A DNA stretch of 64,000 nt from Macrostomum lignano. Its lineage: Eukaryota. The notes beneath the pieces were generated by a model that did no database searches, was not told the DNA's origin, and saw only the letters and a program-made list of their open reading frames with translations. Position 1 is the stretch's first letter; every line of letters starts with the position of its first letter. A program made the translations under genes and the position numbers. Shown here one piece after another: positions 11,045 to 27,211 of the stretch. The stretch is from NCBI GenBank assembly GCA_002269645.1, contig NIVC01000707.1:124001-188000 (forward strand), in the 5' to 3' direction.

Positions 11045-12624
11045 CGGCAAAGCTGGTGCGTGCTTGCTAGAGTTTTTACCTGTTGTCACAGACAGTCGAG
11101 TTTTTATAAGGTGGCAAGCTTGAAAATTTAAAGTGCAAGGCTGCCCGGACTGATCGATATTTGCTGCAGCACTTGCAAGGACTAGCAGGGTATCTCCGAG
11201 GGCTACGCCCAGAAACCCTGAGCTCTTGAGCTCCCCTGGCTTCCCACTGCCCAGGCAGTTGCGAGTGCCACCAACTCTGCAGCAGCGCCACCATTGCCGC
11301 AACGCGCCCGCGGGAGACGGGCAGAGACAATAAACTTGAGTTTTTTGTGTAATGTGGCCTGGTTGTCGGCCTGTCTGCCTGGTCCGGGCCACAGCTGTGC
11401 ATTCCTTCTAGGGGCCGCTGACTCAGCAGGGCCGCAAGCAAGCGGGAAACAGAGGGGGGAGGGCAAGTCCTATGGGATCAGCTGAGGGCAACGCTGAATA
11501 TCCGGGCCACTGCCTATGGAGTTGACGATTAATATCGCGACACACATCGTCTTTTGAGAACTTGTACTTGTATTTGTATTGTGTGTTCCTCTAAACCTTG
11601 CCAGCTTCCGTTGTAAATTTTTCAGACGTTCAGCCCGATGAAGATTGCGCAGCTTCAATTTCTGCTTCTGGGCTTGGGAGCGACTCCCATCCCCTCCAGA
11701 GCTGACACAGGTGTTTGGTTTCCCCAGTTACGCGTAATCAGAGTGGCCAATTCTGATGATTATCATTAATTAGCAAAACCTCACGGCTCCCTGCTTAACC
11801 AAGCTCGATGATGCGCTGCGCGCCCGCTATTAGTAGCATGCTATGATTTTTACTTGATAATTATGTACAATTATAAAAAATATTCAAGTCGCTTATTGAC
11901 TAGCTAATTTTGAGTAATTTTCTATACTTTTTTAGCTCAATTATCAAATGTTTTCTTTACAGCATAATTGCATGAAAACTGACGCGAAACAGCTGATTCA
12001 GCTCGCGTCATACTACTGTCAGTAGCAGGAGTTTGCTCAGGGAACGCGGGGACATGAAAGCGACAATCCCCCCAAAAAGGCCCAGACAGAGCAGCCCCAG
12101 GCCAGTTTGTTTCCAAGAAACGGCTCGGCAAGGACAGGTGGAGTATTTCTTGGAAAGGGGCTGGTCCGGTTCATTGTGGAGGGGGTGTCGCTTTCACTGT
12201 CTCCCGTACTCCCTAAGCTTGCTTTTCATGGCAATTTTGAGTGAAACTCCCTCATCTTCTCCTTTCTCTTTCCCATCGCTTTGTTTTCCTGAAGCAGATT
12301 TTTTTACTCGCATTGGGTTTTTGAGCTTTACTCACGTTTCCTTACCTGCTCCGATGATCTCCTTTGAGAACGGGCCTAATTGATTTGCCCTACAAACTGT
12401 TCCCGAGTAGTTGCGGCACTGCGAACTGTTATTTAAGATGTAATATACAGATTAATGAAGCACACGTAACGTTACAGCCAAAATTTTTCCTAACATTGTT
12501 AATATTTTTAAAATAGTCATTATTTTAAATATTAAAATAGCGAGAATGAAAGCGGTGCTGAAATACGCTCGTGAAGTCGCGCACCAGCACTTAGTTTTTG
12601 AATTTTTTGGGATGATTTTGAAGA

Positions 12625-12790
12625 TGAGGGATGATTGGAGGATGACGGAGGGATGATTGGGGGATGACTCAGAGATGATTGGAGGATGACTCAGGGATGA
12701 TTGGGGGTGACTCGGGAATGATTGGGGGATGACTCAGCTAGGGATGATTGGGGGTGACTGCGGGATGATTTAGAGAATAACAGAGAGGCA
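12625..12790. repeat. Degenerate ~22-bp minisatellite (GGGATGATTGGGGGATGACTC)
   Basis: About 7 imperfect tandem units visible. Confidence 0.75.
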
Positions 12791-13154
12791 TGACAGGGGA
12801 ATTACAACACCCTAAGTCTTCAAGGTCTACAGCAGACATGCGGGTGACCAAACACTTGACCGAGACGCTCAGCCTGAATATGAAATTCGTATTCTTAAGT
12901 ACCGGCTCTGCCAGATCGCTGTGGAGAATAAAAAATTATTGGCATCCGTAAAAGCCAAGACTTTACTGACCGCTAACACTAGACATGACAGGTTTGCACT
13001 GTTAATGAATTCTTCACACCTTGGCTTTGCTTACTCGGCACAGTCTCAGTCTCCCAACAATTATCAGTCACTCCAAGAGTAAGAGTGGGCTCGAACCCAT
13101 GAATTCAGGATACCAAAAACATCACAGGGAAAAAACTGAGTTCACATCGATCAG

Positions 13155-15889
<2,735 letters not shown>

Positions 15890-15989
15890 GTAAGGCAGGC
15901 GGAGACGGAAGCTCCAGCTGTCTCACCCTCCTTATACCTCTTACTATCTAGTGTAGCATTAGTACTAGTCTTCCACCACTCTTCTCCCT

Positions 15990-16610
15990 CTGCACTCTTC
16001 TCCCTCCCCATTCCTCTCCCTCCCCCACTCCTCTCCCTCCCCATTCCTCTCCCTCCCCCACTCCTCTCCCTCCTCACTCCTCTCCCTCCCCCACTCCTCT
16101 CCCTCCTCACTCCTCTCCCTCCTCACTCCTCTCCCTCCTCACTCCTCTCCCTCCTCACTCCTCTCCCTCCTCACTCCTCTCCCTCCTCACTCCTCTCACT
16201 CCTCTCCCTCCTCACTCCTCTCCCTCCTCACTCCTCTCCCTCCTCTCCCTCCTCACTCCTCTCCCTCCTCACTCCTCTCACTCCTCTCCCTCCTCACTCC
16301 TCTCCCTCCTCACTCCTCTCCCTCCTCACTCCTCTCCCTCCTCACTCCTCTCCCTCCTCACTCCTCTCCCTCCTCACTCCTCTCCCTCCTCACTCCTCTC
16401 CCTCCTCACTCCTCTCCCTCCTCTCCCTCCTCACTCCTCTCCCTCCTCGCTCCTCTCACTCCTCTCCCTCCTCACTCCTCTCCCTCCGCTCTCCTCTCCC
16501 TCCTCACTCCTCTCCCTCCCCCACTCCTCTCCCTCCCCCACTCCTCTCCCTCCTCACTCCTCTCCCTCCTCACTCCTCTCCCTCCGCTCTCTTCTCCCTC
16601 ATTCCCTCCC
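15990..16610 (+). repeat. CT-rich low-complexity minisatellite (CCTCTCCCTCCTCACT-type), intronic
   Basis: Follows donor CAG/GTAAGG at 15890; the SLLTPLPP ORF is a repeat artefact. Confidence 0.9.
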
Positions 16611-17671
16611 TCCGCATCCGTGAAGTTTACTGCATCTTCCACTAGCAAACCGGTCTCTCATTGATTTCTCTCGAATTTTCCCGCCGCCCCGCCTGACAGC
16701 TGCGGTCGCGAGCGGGCTCCGGCCGGCCGGCCACGGGCTCTCAACGGGGGACGCCAGGTGCGGCCATGGCGCCGGCCAGCCACAGCCGAGCGGCTTGAGT
16801 CGCTGGAGACCGGACTCAGTCGCGCCGGAAGCTCTTAAGAGTTCCAAATTTAAAACAAAAAGCATTAGCCTACTCAAGCAGTTCTCAATGACCACAGTTT
16901 TAGTGGCGATGTCCAGCCATAAAATTTTGCATAAAAGTTTTCTCTCACCAATACACGGAAGCAGCCTACCCACACAAATAACGAACCTAGTTTGAAGACT
17001 GCTCACGAATTCAGTTCAAAGTTCGCACGAGATCAATGGGCGGTGCGGGGTATTTTGCATTTTTTGCGATTGGCAATTGATCAAAGAGCTGCCGCCTTTG
17101 CAGCTTCGCAGTGGATTGGAAAAATCGAGCATTAGAGAAATTGTAACGTCAACGAATTAACGGAATCTCATTTTCAGAATCTGCCTACGACGTCAATAAA
17201 TAATTTGGCGCAATCGAAGAGCGTATAACAAGATTTTGTTCGCCATTAGTAAACACTCGAGTTCGCGGCGGAGGGCGGCAGCGAGCGCGCACACAGTAAA
17301 ACAAACGCCGACCTTCGGTCGATCTCGGCAGGTTCGGACGAGGGGGCAATGGGGGAGTGGGCGAAAATCGAGCATTGAGATAAACAGGCGAGGCTAAACA
17401 GTTCGAAGAAAAACGGCTGTGAAAATTAATTGGTTAGAGTAAAATAATTGTGAAATTGAGGCGCAACAAAAAAGCCAGTAGCATTGGGAGAGTGGGCGAA
17501 GCGGAGTGTCCGAAGAGCATCTCGTTCAGCGGAGTAACTCGGCCAGTTATTTAGCATATTAGGAGAACGGAAGCGGCGAGCATGCAGAGCAAAACCGAGT
17601 GTTAAATAAATATATATATGAAGCGCAGAGTTCAGCCGCTGGAGCTGCTACTAACAGTAGCGCGGCTCGCT

Positions 17672-18981
17672 TCAACAGTTGAGGCCGTAGCCCAGGCCGC
17701 CCGGAATGGCGAACGGGAACGGATTGGCCGACAGCAGCTGCGTCAGCGCGTCTGTCCCGCTGGCCGCGGCGGCGACGCCACCGGTCGAGACCGTAGCGGG
17801 GCCGGTCAGGCCGGCGCCGGCGCCAGTCAGAGAGGCCGCGCTGCTGACGGCGCCAGGCGACTGCAGCTGCTGCTGCTGAGCGCGCAAGCGCAGAAAGTCG
17901 AAGATCGGCGGCACCTCGGCGCTGGCGGGCAGGTTCAGCGCCGCCTTGATGGCCTGATCGTCCAGCGGCGGGCAGGCAGCCAGCACGGCCGGGTCCGGCG
18001 ACAAGGAGCGGCCCGTCATGGCGGCGATGAGGTGCAGCTGCTGAGTGAGCAGCCAATAGCGACGCCGCTGCTCACCAAGCAGTCCCTGCCCAGCTGGCGC
18101 GGCAGCAGCGGAGGCCGCAGAAGTCGACTGCGAGGAGCTGGGCACAGACAGGCGGCGGCCGGAGCTGCGGACCGGCCGAGGCGACAGCGCGGCGATGGCA
18201 GCGGCGGCGCTGTGCTGATGGTAGTGCTGGTGACCGGCGGCCGCAGTGTGGGCGGCGGCGGCAGCGGCAGCGGCGGCAGCGGCGGCGGCGGCGGAGGGGC
18301 TAGTGTCGAACTCGCCTGCCAGCTGCGGGGGTGGCGGCGGGAAGGAATGACGCATTCGGCTCGGCGTAGTGTGCCGGCGCTGCTGGATGGCGCTCGGGCT
18401 GCCGCGGCTGACGAGCTCCGATGGCGGGGAGGCGGCGGCAGCAGCGGCAGCGGCTTTCGAGACGATGGGAGACGTGACGGTGCGCGCTGGCACGGCCTCC
18501 TCATCGCTCGGCGTCTGCGTGGCGACTGTGGCAGTGCGTACGGCGCGCGCCTCCTCGGAGCACTTGAGCTCTTCTAGAAGCCGGATGAGGTCCTCCTCCT
18601 CCTTGGCGATGACTTCCTCGTCCTTAGGTGGCAGCGGCGCGGCATCTTTGGCCTCGGGGCCGAGGATCTTCTTGCGCAGGTAGTTGCGGATGTGCAGCGG
18701 CGGGTGGAAGAACATGTCCAGGTTGATCTCGCGCCGCGCTGTCGGGTCCATGTGCTGGCAGGCGCAATCGCCGTACAGCACGAAGTTCTTGCAGCAGATC
18801 ACGAGGCCGGCCGGGAACGACTCGTAGAGAAATCGGGGTGAAAGATGCGAACGCGCTTGGCCGGGTGGGCCAGCATGCAGTCGCCTTTGCAGCCGCTGTT
18901 CTCCAAGAACTCCTGGCACACCGGGTGCATGTAGGGGCCGTGGATGTAGTGGTTAAACACTTCTCTTGGCAGGTAGGCCAT
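17672..18981 (-). CDS. Muscleblind-like tandem CCCH zinc-finger protein, intronless, 1-bp frameshift at ~18830
   Basis: ATG 18981 gives MAYLPREV...VCQEFLENSGCKGDCMLAHP (C-x8-C-x3-C-x3-H). A one-base shift leads to FLYESFPAGLVICCKNF...FFHPPLHIRNYL, echoing MBNL ZnF1/ZnF2 (VCREF...FAHP...IAC...LHPPPHL). Ala/Gln-rich tail ends at TGA 17672. Confidence 0.65.
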
Positions 18982-20310
18982 CTTGGACTGCGGACTCTGC
19001 TGTCTTGTCGGATCTCTTCTGCCTGATAAAACTACACCTCTCTCTGACAATTGAGGGTTGGGACCAGGTCTTTAAACTTGTGTTAGCCCACCTCAGCACC
19101 AACCCCTCCCAGGCCTTCTCAGGCGGCGAAGGATTAGGCCGCAGCCAATCAGAACGAAGCTCATTAATAATAAAGTGCCAACGCCGGGGGGCAAAACAAG
19201 CTCTCACACTGACTAAACCAACCGAATCTAAAAATAGAAACGTTTGGACAGAGGGGGGTAGAAGGGCGATGACTCAGCTTAGTCAGCAGGGGTTGACTAT
19301 AATTTGCCTTATCTGGCCAATCGATTGATTCAGCGACTGTACGCACCGATTTTTCTTACCCCCCTTGCGACCCCACTCCACTCCCCCAGGCCCGCTTCTT
19401 CTCCTTTCACTTCAGTGGCAGCGATGATAAGGGTTGAATACACATGGCCAATAATTCACTTTAGTGCACACACCCAGACCCAGCCTACACATTTAATCAA
19501 TGTGGTGCAATTAATTCAGCTCAATATTTCACAATAAAACCGCGACTCGGTAAATAATTCTGAAATCAATTTATTTCTGGAAGCTGGATAGATCGCAACT
19601 TAACGTTTTATAAGCAAAAATTAACTTGCATAGAACCTAAAAAAATCGGAAGCATTGCAATATAATCAATAATAAACGCACCACCGCACATTACAGAAAT
19701 ATGATTCCAAGCAGAAGAAGCATTAAAGCGAACAGAAATAAATAGCAGCCATATAACAAGCAGCCTACAAAGACATTTCTAAAAATGACTTTTAATTTCT
19801 CATCATTTACCATACATAAAAAAGACTTCATAGGTACTGAATCCTATATACTAAAAATGAAATGTGTGTCTCTGTGAGATAGATTTCAGAAAAAACGGCT
19901 TAACCGATTTTCTTCAAACTTGCACCATTTGATCAGAAATTTTTCTGGGACGGTACATGCATCTTGGCTAAGAAATTGCTCAATTTTAAAGGGATTAAAT
20001 ATTCGAAAAACATGCTTTTTTGCAAAGGTCAAGCCAAATTTTTGACTTGAAATGCATTGTAAGAATGCTAGAGAAAAAACTGACTGACTGAATTCCGATT
20101 GTGATAAAGATTGCATCACAAAAAGTTGAAAACAGTGTCAAAGAAATGCACACACGACTTGATAGAAATTGCGTAACCAATATTGCTAACTTAAATTGGG
20201 ACTGATACTGGCTGACTGAGAAATTGATTATGTCATAACTTTTTACTCCAATTGACTTGCTGTAAGAATTGAATTATAAGGGCCACAATTCATGTTCTCA
20301 AATTAAAAAG

Positions 20311-20378
20311 AGATAGCCTAGATGCGAGTAGACTGGACTGCTAATGTAGTGACCTGGGTTCGAATCTTAGTAGAGCAA
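20311..20378 (+). mobile_element. Degenerate tRNA-Ser(GCT)-like SINE head
   Basis: A-box-like TAGCCTAGATG, anticodon-arm-like CTGGACTGCTAATGTAG, B-box GGGTTCGAATC. No intact cloverleaf. Confidence 0.4.
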
Positions 20379-20444
20379 AATAATTTTTTTGTTAAAACAC
20401 CCTAAAAACACAAAATGCTAAACATAAAAGGGCCATCATGCCAA

Positions 20445-21980
20445 GCATATACGTGCCTCCATGTCGAACATTAAAGAGCCACCATGTCAAACATCAAAGA
20501 GCCACCATGTCAAACATAAAAGAGCCACAATGTCCAACATTAGAGCCACCATGTCGAACATTAAAGAGCTACCATGTCAAACATTAAAGAGCCACCATTT
20601 CGAACATTAAAGGGCCACAATGTCAAAAATTAAAGAGTTACCATGTAAACATAATAGAGCCACCATGTCAAACATTAAAGAGCCACTATATCAAACATTA
20701 AAGAGCTACCATTTCAAACATAAAAGAACCATCATGTCAACCAGAAAAGAGCCACCATGTCAAACATTAAAGGGCCACCATGTCTAATATAAAAGAGCCA
20801 TTCATGTTGAACATAAAGGAGCCACTATGTTGACATTAAAGAGCCACCATGTCAAACATTAAAGAGCCACCATTTCAAACATAAAAGAGCCACTATATCA
20901 AACATTAAAGAGCTACCATTTCAAACATAAAAGAACCATCATGTCAAGCAGAAAAGAGCCACCATGTCAAACATTAAAGAGCCACCATTTTGAACATTAA
21001 AGAGTCATTATGTCAAACATAAAAGAGCCACTATGTAAAACATATATGTGACTCTATATCAAACATATACGTGACTTCATGTTGAACATTAAAGAGCCAT
21101 CATGCTGAACATTAAAGAGCCACCATGTCAAACATATAAGAGACTTTATTTCAAACAAAAAGAGCCAACTTTTTGAACATTAAAGAGTCATTATGTCAAA
21201 CATAAAAGAGCCACTATGTAAAACATATATGTGACTCTATATCAAACATATACGTGACTTCATGTTGAACATTAAAGAGCCACCATGTTGAACATTAAAG
21301 AGCCACTATAAAACAAAAAAAACATTTCGACCATTAAAGAGCCACCATGTCGAACATTAAAGAGCTACCATATCAAACATTAAAGAACCACCATGTCAAA
21401 CTTTAAAGTGCCATCGTGTCGAGCATTAAAGAGCCACAATGTAAAACATAAAAACAACCATTTCGAACATTAAAGAGCCACAATGTCGAACATTAAAGAG
21501 CTACCATGTCAAACATTAAAGAGCCACCATGTCGAACATTAAAGAGCCACCATGTCGAACGTTAAAGAGCCACCATGTCGAACATTAACGAGCCACCATG
21601 TCAAACATTAAAGAGCCACCATTTTGAACATTAAAGAGTCATTATGTCAAACATTAAAGAGCCACTTTGTTGAATATTAAAGAGCCACTATGTCAAACAT
21701 TAAAAAGCCACCATGTCAAACATTAAAGAGCCACCATGTCGAACATAAAGGAGCCACCATGTTGAACATAAAGGAGCCACCATGTCGAACATAAAAGAAC
21801 CACCATGTAGAACATAAAAGAGCCACCATGTCTGATATAAAAGAGCCACCATGTAGAACATAAAAGAGCCACCATGTTGAAAATTAAAGAGCCAACCTGT
21901 AAAACATTTAAAAGATTCACCATGTCAAACATATAAGTGACTTCATTTCAAACATAAAAGAGCCACTATGTCAAACATAA
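20445..21980. repeat. ~20-21-bp diverged minisatellite (AAAGAGCCACCATGTCAAACATT), >70 units
   Basis: Continuous imperfect tandem array. Confidence 0.93.
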
Positions 21981-22075
21981 AAGATACACAATTCAAAATG
22001 TAAAAGTGAGTGAATTTTAAAGGAGCCACTATAATGCTAAGGAAATTGTCGCACTAGCTACTTATTGTCTGGTGG

Positions 22076-22270
22076 ATGCTTGCTATTTGGGGATGCTATC
22101 TATCTGGGGGATGCTTGCTATCTAGGGGTGCTTGCTATCTGGGGGATGCTTGCTATCTGGGGGATGCTTGCTATCTGGGGATGCTTGCTATCTGGGGGAT
22201 GCTTGCTATTTGGTTGATGCTTGCAATCTGGGGGATGCTTGCTATCTGGGGGATGCTTGCTGTCTTGGGA
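22076..22270. repeat. 18-bp minisatellite (TGCTTGCTATCTGGGGGA)
   Basis: About 11 units; related arrays at ~27947-28035 (inverted) and ~33540-33635. Confidence 0.85.
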
Positions 22271-22566
22271 TGATTTTTTTTGCATTGCACTTCATTTGAG
22301 TAGTTTGTTTGTTTTCTTTGTGAAAGCTTTATTTGGCTATCTTCTTATTACTTGTAGAGAACAGAGATTCTATACAGATGTCCCCCAACGGGGGGCGAAG
22401 ATTGCTAGTAGATTTACTTAAAAGCAGGCATCATAAGTGAAAACAAATACGAATTTGAGATTCTTATAGATGAAAGGGAAAATATATTTATTCAATACAA
22501 AAGCTGCTAAGCTGGGTACCAAAACAGTGCGAAATGCGACTGTCAGATTCAAGGAATCAGGAATAC

Positions 22567-23804
22567 TCAGGTAATGTAGGCCCTGACAGCTCCCAGGATG
22601 CGGGATCCGCACTGCGGACAGGCCGAACTCGAGCTCAGGCAGCCGCGGCACAGCAAGAAGTGCGCGCACGGCAGGGTCACGTGATCCCGGGTGCGCTCTC
22701 GGCACAGCAGGCACTTGTCACTCTGAGCTGCGACCTCTGCGTCCTCCTCCACGGAGATCTGCGAATGAAAGCCCGGGTGACCGGACTTCTCTGCAGCCTG
22801 CGCTGACTGGGGCTTGGAACTTCTGGCTGCTTGGGCTCGGGATTGAAGGGCTTCTGATTTCTGCTGCTCCAGTGCGGGTCTCTGCTGCTCCAGTGCGGGT
22901 CTCCGCTGCTCCAGTGCGGGTCTCTGCTGCTCCAGTGCGGGTCTCTGCTGCTCCAGTGCGGGTCTCTGCTGCTCCAGTGCGGGTCTCTGCTGCTCCAGTG
23001 CGGGTCTCTGCTGCCGCTCCCCTGACGCTCCCGACTCGTTCAGCGTTGCGCAGTCGCTCAGCACGGCCTCCACGTCGATCACGTGACCCCAGTCGGGCTG
23101 CAGCTCCTCGAACTCGCGGATCATCTCGATGAGGTCGCCCGGCCTGCAGGCCAGCTGGCCGCCCCGAGTCATGAAGTGCCGGCAGGCGCAGTACAGCACG
23201 CTGCTTCTGGCGAAGCCGAACGACTCGACCAGACCGAGCATCGATCTGCGCTCGAGCAGGTCGCTGCTCAGCTTGGCGAGCGCGCGTCTCAGCTTGGCGG
23301 AGGTGGCGACGACCCGGTCGTGTCGCTCGCTGAGCATTCCGTGAGCAACCTTGAGCAGCGTGAGCAGCTCGCACTGCTCGCCTCCCAGCTGCTCGTGAAG
23401 CCGCAGCGGCTCGTCGGTCGGGCCGCCCGGCCGCACCGGAAGCCGGCAGCCGCAGTGGAAGCAGCGAACTGCTCCGGTGGCCGCCTCATCAGCCGGCAGG
23501 AAGAGGCCAGCATCCGCCCAGCGACACCGGGCCGCCTCATCAGCCAGGAAGGGCGCCGCCGACCGACTGAGCGACCGCAGCCGCGTCGCGTACTCGGCGA
23601 AAGCGGGGAACCTGGCGGCGGTGACGCAGAACAGCAGGCTGCCTGGAAGGAAAATTGTGTGCTGTTAGTTCCATCGCAGACTTTTGATATTGCAGCAATA
23701 TTTTTAATGAACACACCACTGAGCAAGTTACCTCTTGTGTAGAAGCTTGCGCTGTCTGCAAGTGTCAAGCAGAGCTGCTTGCTGAATGCGGAGCTGCCTT
23801 CCAT
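22567..23804 (-). CDS. IAP-like protein copy 1 (BIR-UBA-repeat-RING), join complement(22567..23642,23732..23804)
   Basis: Exon 1 MEGSSAFSKQLCLTLADSASFYTR-G with phase-1 donor G/GTAACT and acceptor CTTCCAG. Divergent BIR RLRSL...WADAGLFL...VRCFHC-x18-H-x7-C; UBA-like FGFARSSV; 7x QQRPALE; C3HC4 RING CLLC...PCAHFLLCRGC...CPQC. TATATAA at ~23863-23869. Confidence 0.85.
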
Positions 23805-24256
23805 TCCGCAGTTTGTGCAAAATCTGCAGTGTTTGCAGAGGGGCTGTTTGGATACAAGCAACTTATATATGCGGGCTAACATCTATATTTACTTAGTGCT
23901 TGGCTAAAAATAGCCCCACCCAAGTGCTTGGACTCTCCGATCGCAAGCACGGGGGCTTCCCGTGTAATTTGCTTGCAGGCCGAAAATAGTCCGAATTGCA
24001 ACTTCCTCATTCTGCAGTACGAGTTGCTGGTCATGTAGAACCCAACTGACTGAGTACAACATGTGCACAAATAGCCAGCTAGAGCCTCAACAAAAGGAAC
24101 TTGAAGTTCGCAATCATTGACGTAATCTTTTCATTTTTTAGGTACACTAAATTAGCGATTTTCGATTTTCGATTTCCATTATTTTGAAGTACGAGCTGAA
24201 ACCTATTTTAAGCCATTGAATTGTAGGAACAATGAGCTGTGTCATGCATCAGGGAA

Positions 24257-25172
24257 TGGATTGCTAATCTAGCCTATCACGGGTGCAGGAATAGAATGGA
24301 TTGCTAATCTAGCCTATCACGGGTGCAGGAATAGAATGGATTGCTAATCTAGCCTATCACGGGTGCAGGAATAGAATGGATTGCTAATCTAGCCTATCAT
24401 TGATGCAGGAATAGAATGGATTGCTAATCTAGCCTATCATGGGTGCAGGTATAGAATGGATTGCTAATCTAGCCTATCATGGGTGCAGGAATAGAATGGA
24501 TTGCTAATCTAGCCTATCATGGGTGCAGGAATAGAATGGATTGCTAATCTAGCCTATCATGGATGCAGGAATAGAATGGATTGCTAATCTAGCCTATCAT
24601 GGGTGCAGGAATAGAATGGATTGCTAATCTAGCCTATCATGGGTGCAGGAATAGAATGGATTGCTAATGTAGCCTATCACGGGTGCAGGAATAGAATGTA
24701 TTGCTAATCTAGCCTATCATGGATGCAGGAATAGAATGGGTTGCTAATCTAGCCTATCACGGGTGCAGGAATAGAATGGATTGCTAATCTAGCCTATCAT
24801 GGATGCAGGAATAGAATGGATTGCTAATCTAGCCTATCATGGGTGCAGGAATAGAATGGATTGCTAATCTAGCCTATCACGGGTGCAGGAATAGAATGGA
24901 TTGCTAATCTAGCCTATCACGGGTGCAGGAATAGAATGGATTGCTAATCTAGCCTATCATGGATGCAGCAATAGAATGGATTGCTAATCTAGCCTATCAC
25001 GGGTGCAAGAATAGAATGGATTGCTAATCTAGCCTATCACGGGTGCAGGAATAGAATGGATTGCTAATCTAGCCTATCACGGGTGCAGGAATAGAATGGA
25101 TTGCTAATCTAGCCTATCATGGGTGCAGGAATAGAATGGATTGCTAATCTAGCCTATCACGGGTGCAGGAAT
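24257..25172. repeat. 40-bp minisatellite, ~23 units
   Basis: Unit TAGAATGGATTGCTAATCTAGCCTATCACGGGTGCAGGAA. Confidence 0.97.
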
Positions 25173-25976
25173 GAAATGGTTTGACTTGTTAAAAGATTCA
25201 CTCAAGTCTGGTTTGCACCTTCACCAGACAAGACAAAATCTGTGCCATCACAATGTCTGTACACTAATTTTCTTAGCTATATGCGAGCATGTATCATTCG
25301 TGCGAATTAAAACCATCTTTGATGGCGATGTCAACAAGCTTTGACAGGCATCAGAGACAGAACCCTGTCAATGTTACAAGTTCTGCGGCACAATGCCCGT
25401 ATCGGGGCTGGTCGCGAGCCCAGGTCCCTCCTGCTTTGCAACCATTCAATGGAGTAGAATGAGAGGTCTCTAGCTGACTGGCTCAGGACATTCGCCGCCA
25501 GTCCTGGAACCCAAGTTAAGCAGAGTTGGCTACGGTTAGTACACTGCTACATAGACTTTTTGCGTCACCCCCTGAAGGCAGACATGCGTGAGTTGAGCTC
25601 CAGCTCACCAGCTGAGCTGTGGTGGCGCGAGAGTTCGAACCCCACACGACATAAATCGGAGCTAAGACAGTCCAAAGCATTGTGTCTTTGAAATAAATCT
25701 TTGCACGCGATTCCAACAACAGAGACGGCAAAATTCAATCAGTTTTTAAAAACCCATTAGGCAGTAATGCAATGCTGGGAAGTTGTAAAATACGAGTATA
25801 TTACGAGGTATTATGGCTATTGAGCTGAGTAAACTCTCTAGTTAAAGCTAAGAGACATTCGTACTTTAGCCCTGGATTAAGTGGAAATGCCGATCAAACA
25901 AGTCATTGGACAGTAAAATACACCCCACAGCCGCAGTACTGAGCGCAACGGAATAAAAACAGGGCAGCAACGCCAT

Positions 25977-27211
25977 TCAGGCGATAAACGCCCTCAGAGA
26001 TGCCAGGATGCGGCCACCGCACTGTGGACAGTCTGTTCTAGAGCTGACGCAGCCGTGGCACAGCAGGAAGTGTGCGCATGGCAGGGTCACGTGATCCCGG
26101 GTGCGCTCTCGGCACAGCAGACACTTCTCTGAGCAGCCGCCGAGCTCGTTGGGCTTCAGCTGATCAGCGTCGGGAGAAACTGACGGCTGCCGAGCAACAC
26201 CAACTAGTGAGCTTCCACCGACTGTGGCTGCCCGGCACATCGCCACCGCCCCCTGCTGCTCCAGTGCGGGTCTCTGCCGCTCCAGTGCGGGTCTTTGCTG
26301 CTCCAGTGCGGGTCTCTGCTGCTCCAGTGCGGGTCTCTGCTGCTCCAGTGCGGGTCTCTGCTGCTCCAGTGCGGGTCTCTGCTGCTCCAGTGCGGGTCTC
26401 TGCTGACGCTCCCCTGACGCTCCCGACTCGTTCAGCGTCGCGCAATCGCTCAGCACGGCCTCCACGTCGATCACGTGACCCCAGTCGGGCTGCAGCTCCT
26501 CGAACTCGCGGATCATCTCGATGAGGTCGCCCGGCCTGCAGGCCAGCTGGCCGCCCCGAGTCATGAAGTGCCGGCAGGCGCAGTACAGCACGCTGCTCCT
26601 GGCGAAGCCGAACGACTCGACCAGACCGAGCATCGATCTGCGCTCGAGCAGGTCGCTGCTCAGCTTGGCGAGCGCGCGTCTCAGCTTGGCGGAGGTGGCG
26701 ACGACCCGGTCGTGTCGCTCGCTGAGCATTCCGTGAGCAACCTTGAGCAGCGTGAGCAGCTCGCACTGCTCGCCTCCCAGCTGCTCGTGAAGCCGCAGCG
26801 GCTCGTCGGTCGGGCCGCCCGGCCGCACCGGAAGCCGGCAGCCGCAGTGGAAGCAGCGAACTGCTCCGGTGGCCGCCTCATCAGCCGGCAGGAAGAGGCC
26901 AACATCCGCCCAGCGACACCGGGCCGCCTCATCAGCCAGGAAGGGCGCCGCCGACCGACTGAGCGACCGCAGCCGCGTCGCGTACTCGGCGAAAGCGGGG
27001 AACCTGGCGGCGGTGACGCAGAACAGCAGGCTGCCTGGAAGGTCGGTGAGGGAGCAGTGGTTGAGCATTTTCAGCCTGTTGACAGGAAAATCACAGGGCA
27101 AGTCAGCCAGCAGTGCAGAGAGGTCTCACCCAGCGCATATTCCGAGTTCCGAGTTCCGAGCTGGCGCAAATTTTGCGCAGTCCGCTGGCCGAAGACGCCA
27201 TTGCGCTGCAT
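25977..27211 (-). CDS. IAP-like protein copy 2, join complement(25977..27034,27130..27211)
   Basis: Exon 1 MQRNGVFGQRTAQNLRQLGTRNSEYAL-G with phase-1 donor G/GTGAGA. Same BIR/UBA core; 7 repeats; distinct linker and second half of RING (CHGCVSSRTDCPQCGGRILASLRAFIA). Confidence 0.85.

Noticed and set aside
10460-11392. Long antisense ORFs over GC-rich genes (also 17618-18577, 23083-23742, 26475-27287, 29797-30414, 36820-37578, 56890-57750)
   Set aside because: Shadow ORFs caused by high GC3 on the opposite strand; no motifs of their own.
18820-18850. Programmed ribosomal frameshift in the CCCH gene
   Set aside because: No X-XXY-YYZ slippery heptamer; a 1-bp indel (error or mutation) is simpler.
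25600-25660. tRNA genes at B-box-like motifs (also ~13085, ~39499, ~60415)
   Set aside because: Only GGTTCGA-type boxes with no cloverleaf; at most SINE remnants.
27035-27101. MLNHCSLTDLP N-terminus for IAP copies 2 and 3
   Set aside because: It is the intron pyrimidine tract; copy 3 has TTG rather than ATG there, and all four copies have phase-compatible upstream exons.
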